DNA from: Hormiphora californensis
Lineage: Eukaryota; Animalia; Ctenophora
Assembly (NCBI GenBank): GCA_020137815.1
Contig: CM035355.1
Span: 1,054,001-1,118,000 of the forward strand
DNA length: 64,000 bases
Reading direction: 5' to 3'
The position numbers and the translations under genes were made by a program. Of the stretch, positions 1 through 15,636 are shown piece after piece (the first letter of the stretch is position 1; every line of letters begins with the position of its first letter). Under the pieces are notes generated by a model that saw nothing but the letters and a program-made list of their open reading frames with translations, was not told the DNA's origin and searched no databases.

Positions 1-352
1 CTGGAGCTCAGCGGCTTTGGCAATCAGCCAGAATAACAACAGGTATACTGTGTAGCGTGTATTACTTTGTAAACGAACATTTTAATTTCTCCAGATCTTG
101 AATCCACTCTCCGCAGGTTGTGAACTGAGGGAGGTTGCAGGGTTGGACGTGTGGTCAGGTCTCCTATACGATACCCTCATCCTAGACAAATCTGCCGTCA
201 ACCAGTTAGAAGACACCCTTGCTTCAGTTCCATTTTCCACGCCTAATATTAGTTTGCGGGGTGCTCTGGAGGGGTGTGATACAAGTGGGGCTCTGGGACC
301 CGCCAGACCGCGACATAAAGTCGTGAGAGTTGTGAACTTGGACAATCTTTGA
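1..352 (+). CDS. MRPL4: Mitochondrial ribosomal protein L4 (uL4m), 3' part; gene begins before the window
   Basis: Exons <1-42 and 117-352 (GT at 43, CAG ending 116) splice to GAQRLWQSARITTGCELREVAGLDVWSGLLYDTLILDKSAVNQLEDTL..., matching the uL4 C-terminal pattern LxxSARNxxGVxVxxVxGLNVYxILxxDxLVLTxxAVxxLE. Confidence 0.75.
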
Positions 353-813
353 GTTTAAAGTGTGTTTGTTTGTTTGTTGTGGTAATGTGGTAACTTATTA
401 TACTGTATTTTTATATCGTTCAATTGTGTTGATTATCTGACTGCCAAAACTAACTTATAGGCCTGTCAAAACGTGTTTCAACCTTGAACTCACTAGAGGC
501 AAGCCAATTCCGGTTGTACATCCTAGGTATAGGTCTCCTGAACATAAAACACCAAAATGTCAGTCTCAATTATTTGGGGGAAGGTGTGTAATTAGCCCCT
601 AATTGATTGGTAATTGAGCACAAGGGGAAAAAAGCTATATCTATCCTTAGGAAAGGAGTAGAGACAAAATTATTACCACATGACAGAAACCATTAATTGA
701 TCAATTAACGACGTTAGTTGTTAATTAATACCCAACCCATTGACGACACATCGACACCAACTTGACAGCACATATAACCCCCTCCTTCTCACTCTACAAT
801 AGGAGCAGCAGTC

Positions 814-3572
<2,759 letters not shown>

Positions 3573-4028
3573 AGACGACGTGGTGATGCAGTGGTGTTTG
3601 ATATGAGAGTGTTTGAAGAGAAAGACTGAAAAGTGCGTTTATTGTGAAGAGTGAAAAATGCGAGAAAATTATGTTGTTCATGTTCACACTATTTCACACA
3701 ACTAAAATGTTATATTTAAATTTGTCTCAAAATACAGTACCATTATAAATTGTAAAATCTCATTCTATAAATCCGACTCAGGACTAGAAATACACAGAAT
3801 ATAATAAGAAATCAAATCAGTTACTGATAGTGAAAACTAAACTAAATATAAATGTGATATTTGATAATTGATAAGGTCATTCGATGTCATGCGACAGCTT
3901 TGGTTACGAAATAACCCCTCGCACAAGGGAGGGGTTACTTCGTTACCAAGCGAGAGCTACAGTAGCATTCAACTATCAAAAGGATCACTCCAGATTAAAA
4001 TTATGGAATATTGAACGGTTCTATAAAG

Positions 4029-7000
4029 TTATTGTAGTCCATGTGTATTGTAGTAGTTGATGTAGGAGGAGAGCTGTTCATGATCCTGAATCCCATGAGT
4101 TAATCCCCCTTTTGGTTTGGACATTCTCAAATTGAGCAACTTTTCTGAAAATATATTGATTTCAAAATATTGGTTCCACTACCTAACTAGATTTGGTAAT
4201 CTTCGAGAAGAAGAGAATTTCACGTGACGTAAATGATTTCTCTTTAGCTACCTTGCCTTTACTGCGCTTTGTGTTTAAATATTCCCATATTAATATAACG
4301 ATTACTGGATTGGTAGAATGCAAGAAATCTTTAATTTCAACAATATGAAGTCAGACCAATTCTCTGACCGTAAGAACTGTGGTTTGACCTAACAGGCTCC
4401 GCTTTTATATTTGAAAGAAATGACAATGAATAGGGTCATTCCGATCCTCGGACAGCAGTTTAGTGATATTTACCTTGTTGAGATTGATTCCACGATCCCT
4501 GGGCTGCTGATGTGGGCAATTCACCCTGAAATAGAAAGAGATATAGAGAGAAAGACAGAGAGAGGGGGAAAGAGAGAAAGGGAGGAGAGAGATCAGGGCA
4601 GCTTAGAAGAAGAAAAAGATAAATGCATATCATGATTGTTCATGACAAGAGATCTGAAAAACGCTGTCACATGATACCTGTGTGATTTGTTCCTGTTTGA
4701 TCGGGTGCTCAGAGAACATTGTTGAACTACTAACAGTAGGAGATGATATTGTTTCTTGTTCAAACATTTCTGGGAGGGAAATTCGAATAGTTTTAGTAAA
4801 TCGAGGGTATTTATATGCAATTATCCGACGAAGAAAACCAAGAACTCCCTTGTTGGGAAGGGCATACCTCCCGCATACCTGTTTTTGCTTGGTAGCAGCT
4901 TGTCGGAATTTTCCCAGAAGAAACTCTCCTGAAATGAACGTTTCCATTAAATATGGGTATTTAGTGGGGTATTCAGTCCGGTAGATCGGGGAGGGGGGGT
5001 CATGACGTAAATCGTTGCACGTCATGCCAGTTTTTAGAGGGGGTGGGTACCTGGTGGGTACGGTCACTGACTAGTTAGCAAAAATGTTGGCATGGCGTCC
5101 AACCAGTAAGGTCATGATCCCCCCCCCCCCGATTTACTAGGCAAAAATGGTTCTACGCTAGAGGGAATACCCGCCTTACGGACGGGATTGGATACATGGG
5201 ATGTGATGCCTTGTACTTGGGTGACGGATATACACAGAACTAGGGTCTTTATCTTGTTTCTTGAGTATTGGTGGGTGATGGTATAGATGGTTGTGTTGTA
5301 GGGTCAGGATAGGAGACGTACTGGTATATAGCGTTTGATGTCTCGGGAAAACTGCCTGTTGGCCTGCAGTAACTGTAAGGGTACGAACTCGCCTCCCTTA
5401 GCATGTCTGACATGCTCTTAGCTTGACCAGCAGAATGATATCCAGTCTTAGGGGAGAAGTGTCAGTGGTATAGCGGAGTTAGGGGGTACTCAACAAGGGA
5501 AAACCGTAATTATATAGTAGCTCGACAGGGGACATGAGAGTTATATATAATATTCCCGGCTTCTAGAAAAGTTTATATTTTGACAAATTGGGTCAAGCTG
5601 TGCCTAATTCAGTATGCTAGATTCCCCTGGGAAAATTTGAATAAATAAGGCTACCCAAGCTGTCCGCCTACGTCTTGAAGTACCTCGTAGAATTTGTACC
5701 CTTTGTAAAATGTAAGTTGTGTTTAGACTTCCTTATCATGGAATCGACGCACCATCTGAACTTTCTAATTTCTGTCCGCCCTGTGCAGAAACTAGACCTG
5801 ATGTTGGCCGTCTATATTACTATGACTACAATCTACATGGGTATTGATGTACGAGAGCATGACACCAGGGTTGGCGGAACCGGCAAGAGTCTCGGTCCAT
5901 TCTGGGATTTGGGAAGGGGGTAAGGGGGCTAAAAGATCATTCCCCCACCAGTACGTGGGCAACTTCGTTACCACCGAATTTTTTTCATCGTGTTCACAAT
6001 TTTTACAAATTCAATATGCAGCACACCTTACTACTATATATTATCAAGATTAATGTACTTGTAAATGTCTTACAAGGTGTGGGTATAATAATTGAAAACT
6101 TATCTTATGGTTCTTCGAGAAGATATAAAGTACATATTAATATTAATCAAGTTTTACCGAGTGTGATGCAAGAAGGGATGGTTTGTTGAAGATGTTCTCT
6201 TCCTTCACTATCGTACACATAAAACCACTTCCTGATGTGCTTGGTCCCTGGGCAGGGGAAGACAACACGTGGTCTTTCGATGATTCTGGTAACATCTGTG
6301 GGGGGGGTGGTAGTTTAACTACTGCCGTGTGCGGCAAAAAAAGGCCCCCCTAGACCACCATAGTTGCCGATGTGGTGGAGAGCTGTAACTTGGCAGGGTT
6401 GCTCCACTATGTCTATCTTGATCCTGACAGAAAAATCAGAGCTCTAGCTCAAAATTCATTTTCAAGAACGGAATGAACTTCTCCGTTCCTTCGATATGAG
6501 ACCCCCTCATCATTCAGAATTTTTTGCCCGTCTTTGGCTAACGATTATCTTTGTAATGAGACCAATTTGAGCATAATCTGATTACCAGGAGAGACACAGT
6601 GGAGGGTTTTCCGACCGTCACTCCTGACATGTGATCCAGGCCCGGTCACGTGGTGAAAATTTGGTTTGGGGTGCTGTTAACATGTCTCAATAACGGATTA
6701 TTGCTCTCATATCCCTTGAATATCCCTCCACAATGCTCTCAAGTCACTTTGTGATGCTGATTGATTGGGTTCATGTCACCAGTTCTTGTCAAAGTTCTCA
6801 AGCGGCCCGTGATACGAGATCATTTCATCAAGGAGGGGCCATCATGTGTCACTAATCAGCCTATCATCTCACATTACACTAGCCAAGGGATCTGGGGTAT
6901 TTAAATCTTCAAATGTTCATCAAAATCATTCCCAATCGTTACTTGCAATGCATTTTACACCCGAACAGAGGAACTTCATCTGGCTCAAGAAGGAAACCAA

Positions 7001-9076
7001 CACCCTCTACCCCACCATCGAACAGGAGTTCTTTATCAAGTTTGGCCGCCATGCCCCATCCAAGAAGTCCTGCAGAAAGATCCATCGGACAGTTTCAGAC
7101 GAGGGCCACTCCAAAAACAACAATCCTGGACGATCCGGAAGGAGGAAGTCTGCTACAGGTCAGTACTGCTGTTGTTGTTGTTGTTGTTCTAAGGTTAAAT
7201 AGGGCCGAGAGGAGCTCTCCGCAGGAGAGCACCTCTCGCCAGCCCCACCGCTCCTGGTCTTAGGGTGTCGGTTGACACTCCTTGCATCCTCCACCGAAAT
7301 TGTCCGGCCCGAGGCCGTGACAGAGTTTTGGAGCTTGGAAAATCCCAGATCAGGAGCAGTCCCTTTGGTTGAGGAGAATTCGTTGAGCTCCCAGCCCCGA
7401 CCAGGAGAAGCGGGCGACTCCCAGTCAAGACTGGGAGCCGTAAGCCGCTGCGCCACGTCAAGGCTTCTCCTCATACAAGCGGACTGCTGTTGTGGAAGCA
7501 GGACCTCATTACAAAGATAATCGTTAGCCAAAGACGGGAAAAAAATTCTGAATGATGAGGGGGTCTCATATCGAAGGAACGGAGAAGTTCATTCCGTTCA
7601 TGAAAATGAATTTTGAGCTAGAGCTCTGATTTTTCTGTCAGGATCAAGATAGACATAGTGGAGCAACCCTGCCAAGTTACAGCTCTCCACCATATCGGCA
7701 ACTATGGTGGTCTAGGGGGGGGCCTTTTTTTGCCGCACACGGTACAATATCTAATAGAAATTTGATGTGTTGCCATTATCACCGTAAATCAAGGCATCAA
7801 CAACTTATCCTACTAAGTACTATGTACTACAGCTAAAGTAAACCCCAAACTACTATGTCCCTCACTCGGGTTCTGAAAATTTCCCACGGTCATAACTCCA
7901 CTCCCTGATGAGATAGAGACTTGAAATTTGTTTTGTAGGAAGAACTCGACATGATCTCCTCACAAAACAAATTTCAAGTCTCTATCTCATCAGGGGGTAT
8001 CTTATCAGGGGGTGGAGCTATGGCCGTCTAAAATCCGGCCGCGCGCAGCAAGGGACATAGTAGTTTGGGGGGACCTTTAGATGTTATATGATAGATCATC
8101 CTACCTCGGGTGAGGAGACAATGGCGTATTTGGAGTGTCGTTTCCTTTTAGGTCTATACTTGTAGTTTGGGTACTGACTTTTATGTTGCAACCTGAGCTT
8201 CTCTGCCTTCTTGATGTATGGTCGCTTCTGTTCGTCTTCTAACTCCTACAGTGATAGGCGTTTAGTACCCGTTTAGTTATAGTATATAGAGCTCTAAAGA
8301 GCTGACATAATCGGTAATTCTCTCAACTGAAAGAGCAGACTTAACCAGTGCTCTATTAACTATAGGGTGCAAATTCTCCCCGAAATACTGGATGAAATTG
8401 TTGAGCAAGGGATGAAATGAACTAAAAAGGGATGAAATGAACTAAAAAGCTCTGTAAACTAAGAATCACATTTTTCTTCCCCTTACTCAACAATTAGGGA
8501 GCGGATTATAAATGTCTGATTAATCTACCAGGGAGAAGGACCAGCGAAAAAACTAACAAAACCCCTGTTTGTACATCATGTACTACATGTGTGTACAGTA
8601 TGTTCAGACATGAGACAGTGTGCAGTATGCACAACGAATTAAGTAGCACACACCTTGTTGAGTATGGGGTTAACAACACCCACTAATATGTAGGTTACAT
8701 CTCAACACACACCACCTTTTCTCAAAGAAACACACACAATATGTCATACGTAAACGGGGTTTGCTAGTATTATTGGCTAGTTCCTTTCATTGTGAAAAAT
8801 AAGGATAGGAGTGAGTTATCTTGAAAGTGCGTTATGGGGTATCTTACCTTCCACATTCGGCCGAGGATTTTGCTGAGCTCTGTATTACGTAACTCAGGTT
8901 TTTCATCGGCTAACCGGCGCCTTGCAATCTAAACGTAAACGGATCAGTCAGAATGTTCTCTTTAAAAGGGTACATCTTACTTGCTTGAATTATATAGTCC
9001 TCTAACTTGTCTACTATAGATCTAGTTTTTACCCGATGCACGACAATTTAGGAGAGATAAGAGAGAGAGAAAGAGG

Positions 9077-9151
<75 letters not shown>

Positions 9152-10415
9152 GAAGTAAAATTGGCGCCCTCTTCCCCTTCTAGTACAGCACTAGAACGGA
9201 AGAACCAAGTTCATATAAATGGGTATAGACTTTTATGTTCTAAAATTGGAGAAAGAATGGTAGATTTATCCTGTTTGAGATCAATTTCAGACACCGTGAT
9301 CATGGTGACATGGTACCCAAAGACAGTTAACCCAACTAACGCGATAAATAGCTGTGATTGATTAGCAGAAGGAAAGCTACTTCTTTCTTTCATCACCACC
9401 AACTATAATAGCTCTCATCCAATGTAATGCAGTAGAATCACATTTGAATGACAGCTCTAATTAGATAGTTGAATTTATTCACAGAAATTCTCGAATATAC
9501 TCGAGTACTTGTGGTTAACATACCCGGGTTCTTTTTTGTAAGTAAAAGTTGCTCTGTAATACAAGTTCTCTTGTTTACCTGGGCCCAGCACATAAAAGCG
9601 TTCATTGGTCGTTTAATGTGAATCTGGTCTGCATGCAAGTTTTCTGGTCTCATCAGTGGCCCATCCTCGTTTCTCTGAGCTAAATGCAATCCTGTCGCAG
9701 CTGGGGTATCTGCCAAACTGACCAACTGAAATATTGGAGGATACTGGATATTGCTCAATCTCTGACAACAAAACTATTTTTTAAAGACCTTTGTTTTCTT
9801 ATTTGAGATTATGACACATGTCGTGTCAAAATAAAAATTGCTGTGACATGACATGTATCAAAATTTGTCGCCATTTTTTCGCAATTTAGTTGTCTTCTTA
9901 GATAATGTTAGCTTATTAATCTTATCGGAGTGGAGCCAAGATTAATAACCACTAAATAAGGGCGTGAGCCTGTCAGAGCATTGACAGGCAATTTCTAGAA
10001 AAGAATAATAGAAATTTCACAATAAACATGCCTCTTGGAATCCTCTTCCCGTGAAAGGGAATTGGGAAATAGAATATAATGTTGAACTCGACCGTTTAGT
10101 CAATGGAAAATGGAAACTTTTAAAAAGCAGCTACTTTGCATTTATATGCAATGTTCTCCTTCTCTTGTGAAATATAAAATGGTGGGAAAATGGTTTTAAG
10201 AGGAATAGTTGAGGAAGTTCCAGAATATAACTATCGAGTATTACCTGCTTTTGATGGGAAGCAATACTAGTCATGGAAGGTATGTGTCTGATTACGGGAG
10301 TACCATAAAGCCCTCCCTCACAGCTGGCCGTCCTCCGGTTGTTATAGTTGATGGAGGGGGTTAGATTTTGAATGTGATAATCACTCGAATCCTGACTGCC
10401 CCCACACGGTTCCAT
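4029..10415 (-). CDS. Sox HMG-box transcription factor, SoxE-like
   Basis: In-phase exons 10415-10245, 9725-9579, 8928-8848, 8245-8105, 6295-6158. HMG box [14 protein letters not shown]|[27 protein letters not shown]|[35 protein letters not shown]; WAQxARRxLAD is SoxE-like. 3' structure uncertain: exon-like segments near 5900-5170 and an in-phase chain 4928-4879, 4525-4474, 4085-4029; the stop could instead be near 5249. Confidence 0.85.
4981..5138. mobile_element. Small MITE-like inverted-repeat element
   Basis: gtagatcggggagggggggtcatgac ... gtcatgatccccccccccccgatttac imperfect terminal inverted repeats. Confidence 0.5.
6325..7742 (+). mobile_element. Non-autonomous Tc1/mariner-type DNA transposon in a Sox intron
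   Basis: ~235-bp near-perfect TIRs (6325-6560 / 7505-7742), TA on the right flank (TG on the left). Internal ORF from 6948 ([11 protein letters not shown]...[26 protein letters not shown]...SGRRKSAT) resembles the N-terminal HTH plus GRPR-type linker of Tc1/mariner transposases. No DDE/D domain. Confidence 0.8.
7833..8080. mobile_element. Palindromic MITE
   Basis: ccccaaactactatgtccct ... agggacatagtagtttgggg TIRs with an internal hairpin cctgatgagatagagacttgaaatttg / caaatttcaagtctctatctcatcagg; related fragments near 49000 and 63170. Confidence 0.6.
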
Positions 10416-10908
10416 ATTGTTCTCTTGTGTGCTACTGGTGAGAGAGAGGTAGAGGTCTCAGGGGAGTTGAGATACAATAAACAATAGGCATTTATCAATC
10501 ACGCCCGGGCCATTCAGAAAGAATGTACATTGTGTCTTAAGTGGAGAGAGGGAGAGAGAGAGTAATATCAAACAATACCATTCATATATCTATAATCCTG
10601 CCAAAGACAGGATCACATGAGTACTATTGAAACTGTAGATACCAAAGCACACCATACACCAAATTGAAATGAGCCCTCTCTTCGATCTTTCCCTTCGATT
10701 TTACCACGTGAGAAAGTTAGAGAGAGAATGAGATGGAGAGAGATGGAGAGAGAGACTAGTATGAGAGTCTCCCATAAGGTAACGTCTATTAAATTCCTGA
10801 GTTTTCGCACCAACTAATCAGACACTGCTCGATGGGAGATGACCGTCGATGCTTTACCCCATCTCCCTTACTGTGTGAAATAAAGGAATTACTGGACATT
10901 TTCGCGGT

Positions 10909-11084
<176 letters not shown>

Positions 11085-11362
11085 TTGTGCGAGAGATAAA
11101 CGCCGACCAACCCTGACCTCGGATTATGGTCATGTGGATTCTGCAGCTAGCCATGAAAACTGTGTCAGGGTTGAGAGAACCGATATATTATATGCTCTCC
11201 CTGAGGCCTCAGTTTATGTGCTCCTAAATAGATTAACCATATCGTAAATGTGACAGTCTTGGTGGAGACGTTCCCGCTATCTTCTTTATAAGGAGTAAAA
11301 GGAAAAGGGGGAGGGGGATCAACTGCAAGTTATTGAGAAACAAACAGTAATCAACGTTTTGT

Positions 11363-14113
11363 GGCAGGTGAGTAGAACTTCGCTCCTAATAAAAGGCTGC
11401 AATAAAAGGCTGCAATAAAAGGCTGCAGAAAAAGGCTGCAATAAAAGGCTGCAATAAAAGGCTGTAGAAAAAGGCTGTAATAAAAGGCTGCAATAAAAGG
11501 CTGCAAGGGATCACGTATCCAACCAGACTAAAGCGGGGGATAGACCGAATCGTCCTCCCCTAATAGTGTTTCGTATCACGTATCGGCTGTAGAGAGACCG
11601 AATCACCCTCCCCTAATTATAGTGATTCGTGTCACGTATCCAACTAGACCATAGGCGATAGAGAGACCGAGATAGAGAGCGAGTACGAGTGAGAACTGAG
11701 AGAGTGAAAAATCATAATCACGGTATCACGTACCATGGTATCACGTATATAATATCCTCAAATGAAAAGCGGTTACCAATTTTGACAATGAGACCCCATC
11801 GGTCCCGATACGTGATTATCTACCGCTATGTATTCTCCATTAGTCTTTCCGTATCGATCCACGATTCAGTAGAGGTAGTCAGTAACTATACAAGGTGGGC
11901 CACGGATTGTTGGTAAGGGTTAGCGAGTTGTCCCGTCAAAACGGTGATAGTTGCGAGAATAAAAATCATGGGAGCACTCTGGATCAATTTCTTGGTAACT
12001 TTTTCCATAATTTTTTGTCAAAAATTTGAAAATTCATTTTTCATTCCTTCATTCATTTCTCGTTCATTTATGATGTGAGCATCCTAATTTTCCATCATGG
12101 TGCTATTTTTCTTTGGCTTGAATTTATCTTTCCAATGAACACCATAAAAATGAAATTGAAGCACCAGGTCACGTTGCAGTTGAGAAAATGCTCATGCATG
12201 ATTTTGGCTCTTCCTGCGACTTTCAATGAGCTGTATCACGGCTCCCTTTTGTTCAAAATTTGGGTGAACATTGGATAAACAAAGATCTTTGCTCACAAGA
12301 AAAATCAAGGTCAAAACTCAAAGTTCATTTTTCATTTTTGGTAGTTCATTCCACTCATGCAGGAACTAACATCCCTAAAGTCATGAAAAGTTTTGGGTTT
12401 TGTTTGGCCTATGCTCTGCAATGCCAGAGAGGTGTAGTAGCGTGTTTCCGGGCTAGTTTTTGGGTGTCCATGTGATCATGATGATATCTGACACCTTATT
12501 TGGGCCATAATTAAGCGATTTTCTCAAGTTGAAGCATGTGACTTGGGTTTTCTGTGATTGATATCGTGAAACAATGTTATGGGATCCCATAGCACCCCTA
12601 AAATGATGATTAATTCAACAAAATGAGTTGATTTATGATCGAAATTGTTCGTTTAGTTGAGTTTGTCTTCGGTTTGAATCTTTTCAATAATAAATCAACT
12701 CATTTTGTTGAATTAATCATCATTTTAGGGGTGCTATGGGATCCCATAACATTGTTTCACGATATCAATCACAGAAAACCCAAGTCACATGCTTCAACTT
12801 GAGAAAATCTCTTAATTATGGCCCAAATAAGGTGTCAGGTATCATCATGATCACATGGACACCCAAAAACTAGCCCGGAAACACGCTACTACACCTCTCT
12901 GGCAATGCAGAGCATAGGCCAAACAAAACCCAAAACTTTTCATGACTTTAGGGATGTTAGTTCCTGAATGAGTGGAATGAACTACCAAAAATGAAAAATG
13001 AACTTTGAGTTTTGACCTTGATTTTTCTTGTGAGCAAAGATCTTTGTTTATCCAATGTTCTCCCAAATTTTGAAAAAGATTGAACAAAAGGGAGCCGTGA
13101 TACAGCTCATTGAAAGTCGCAGGAAGAGCCAAAATCATGCATGAGCATTTTCTCAACTGCAACGTGACCTGGTGCTTCAATTTCATTTTTATGGTGTTCA
13201 TTGGAAAGATAAATTCAAGCCAAAGAAAAATAGCACCATGATGGAAAATTAGGATGCTCACATCATAAATGAACGAGAAATGAATGAAGGAATGAAAAAT
13301 GAATTTTCAAATTTTTGACAAAAAATTATGGAAAAAGTTACCAAGAAATTGATCCAGAGTGCTCCCATGATTTTTATTCTCGCAACTATCACCGTTTTGA
13401 CGGGACAACTCGCTAACCCTTACCAACAATCCGTGGCCCACCTTGTAGTAGTTACTACTATAGTAACACTCTCAGTAGTTACTAACTACTGAGAGTGTTG
13501 GTCTAATGAGGTTGGGTAGATCTATTGATTGAGCGTGTAGCACAAAGACAGGTGAACGGTGAACCACCCAACCACTTGGTTCACCTATCATAGTATTATG
13601 TGTGATTCCGCTCAACTGAATAAAGACTATTGGCGAATAACGGTAGAAAATCAGTAATCACGTATTGGCACCGATTAGGTCAAATTATAGGTAACCGCCT
13701 TTCATTTAATTAATTAGAGGATATCATGAAACGTGATATGTACAATACTTGATTAGTCGTCCATGATTCGGATCTCTCACCTCTATCTCCGTCTATCTAC
13801 CGCCTATGGTTTAGTTGGATACATGGCACGAATCACTATAATTAAGGGCGGGTGATTCGGTTTCTCTGCCGCTTATAATGGTAGAGACCGATACGTGAAA
13901 CAAAACACTATTAGGGGAGTCCACGATTCGGTCTATTTCCTGCTTTAGTCCAGCTGGATACGTGATCCATTGCAGCCTTTTATTGCAGCCTTTTATTGCA
14001 GCCTTTTAATGCAGCCTTTTATTGCAGCCTTTTATTGCAGCCTTTTAATGCAGCCTTTTATTGCAGCCTTTTATTGCAGCCTTTTATTAGGAGCGAAGTT
14101 CTACTCACCTGCC
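11363..14113. mobile_element. GG-ended foldback DNA transposon with 8-bp TSD (Merlin- or MULE-like), carrying a nested element
   Basis: TIR ggcaggtgagtagaacttcgctcctaataaaaggctgc; TSD cgttttgt at 11355-11362 and 14114-14121; subterminal 13-bp tandem repeats (aataaaaggctgc); diverged ~500-bp arms. Confidence 0.85.
11891..13445. mobile_element. TA-flanked 1.55-kb near-perfect palindromic (foldback) element, Tc1/mariner-derived
   Basis: TA|caaggtgggccacggattg ... caatccgtggcccaccttg|TA; ~745-bp arms and ~55-bp spacer (~12637-12689). Explains the mirror-image ORFs at 12075+ and 13261-. Confidence 0.9.
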
Positions 14114-15154
14114 CGTTTTGTGATGTCTAGACTTCTAGTTCCAATGAGAGACAAGCAAAACGCAAAATATATCGCCTAACTATTAAGTAAATAAGTATTT
14201 TAGATCGCTCTATAGCGCATTCAAGCATTAAATAGCGATTTAAAGTGTTATAAAGTGCTCATTCCATAACCATATTATGGGAAGTAATTTTGATATCTCT
14301 TTCTGGTGCTGATACACATCTCACATACCCACGGGCAGATCTCGGTCAAGGAGAGATTAATTGATTATTCAGAATAAAGAGATCTGAGCAAGAATTAAAT
14401 AGGGAAGAAAATCGAAAAATACTGGAGATTGAAGAATTGTTTCATTTTATCCTCGCCTCGGTCCACTTTAAATAAGACACGTACAACAGAATATATCTTA
14501 ATGGATTTGCTACACCTTTCTTGGCTCTTGCGGTCTTTTTACGGATTGGTTAGGTACACCAACACCTACAATCGAAGTTGAAGGTGGACACTCTAAAAAT
14601 ATTCTGGGGCACTACGTACCCTATATTATTATTTAGTCTCTGCATGCGATGAACAACAGAAAAGGCGAATCCATCACTTAATTTATCATGAATTACGTAA
14701 CATTTTATCGCGACGAAAAAAACATCTTCACTGTTTGTTACCTACGCAATCGTGGTTAGAATATTTGATATAACACCTTGCCCGATGCCACGAAGTTTTT
14801 CTTATCTGTTAATCGTTTGGTAGAGTACTACTTAACTACTGTTGATATGTGATAATCTATACTACCATGTTCTTTTTAGTGGCAAGCTGTTTTTTCTTTG
14901 TCTTGTTCAAAATCTTATTTATTTTATCGGAGTGCGAGGTACCAGTAAGATTACAGCAAGTAAGTTTGCTAAAAAGGTTAGATTATCTTTCGATGGTCGA
15001 CTCAACAGTAATTCAATGGTGTAAATATCGACATATCATCATACAGGGTGTCCACACTGTCCACTGTCCACTGTTCCACTTTACACGTATAAAATAAAAA
15101 TAGGCCAGAAAGGTAGAAACAAGATATATAATTCACAGTTATTACTATTGATAC

Positions 15155-15180
15155 TTGTTGAGTAAGGGGTTACTCAACAA
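15155..15180. mobile_element. 26-bp minimal TIR element with 8-bp TSD
   Basis: attgatac|ttgttgagtaaggggttactcaacaa|attgatac; same termini as the element at 25411-25904. Confidence 0.7.
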
Positions 15181-15263
15181 ATTGATACGATTTACAAAGT
15201 AGAACTAGAGAATCTGTGTGTACCAATCCCGGCTCGGCCTTCATAGCCACAAATCCATCTCTA

Positions 15264-15317
<54 letters not shown>

Positions 15318-15543
15318 CTCTTTCTTTTTCCCTTTCTCTCTTTTTCACCCCGTTAACACCCTTGCTCTTCCATTTTCTACGACGATTATCCCCGAGAGGA
15401 TAGTAGCGTTCTTTCCGGTTTCTTTCGTTAAATCGCCCCCATTGTTAGAGTAGTTGTGCAGTTCAAGGGAATGATGAAAAATACTGAGGGGAGGAAGAGA
15501 GAGGGAGAGAGAAAGCGAGAAGGAGAGAGAGAGCGAGAAGGAG

Positions 15544-15636
<93 letters not shown>

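Noticed and set aside
7903-7935. CTGATGA...GAAA as a hammerhead (also near 49019 and 63172)
   Set aside because: No stem II or stem III and no positioned NUH triplet; part of a palindromic MITE.
11388-11506. Short tandem repeats as a CRISPR array
   Set aside because: 13-bp head-to-tail repeats without spacers, in a eukaryotic transposon end.
12075-13261. Identical ORFs on opposite strands
   Set aside because: A consequence of the palindromic element; no protein family signal.
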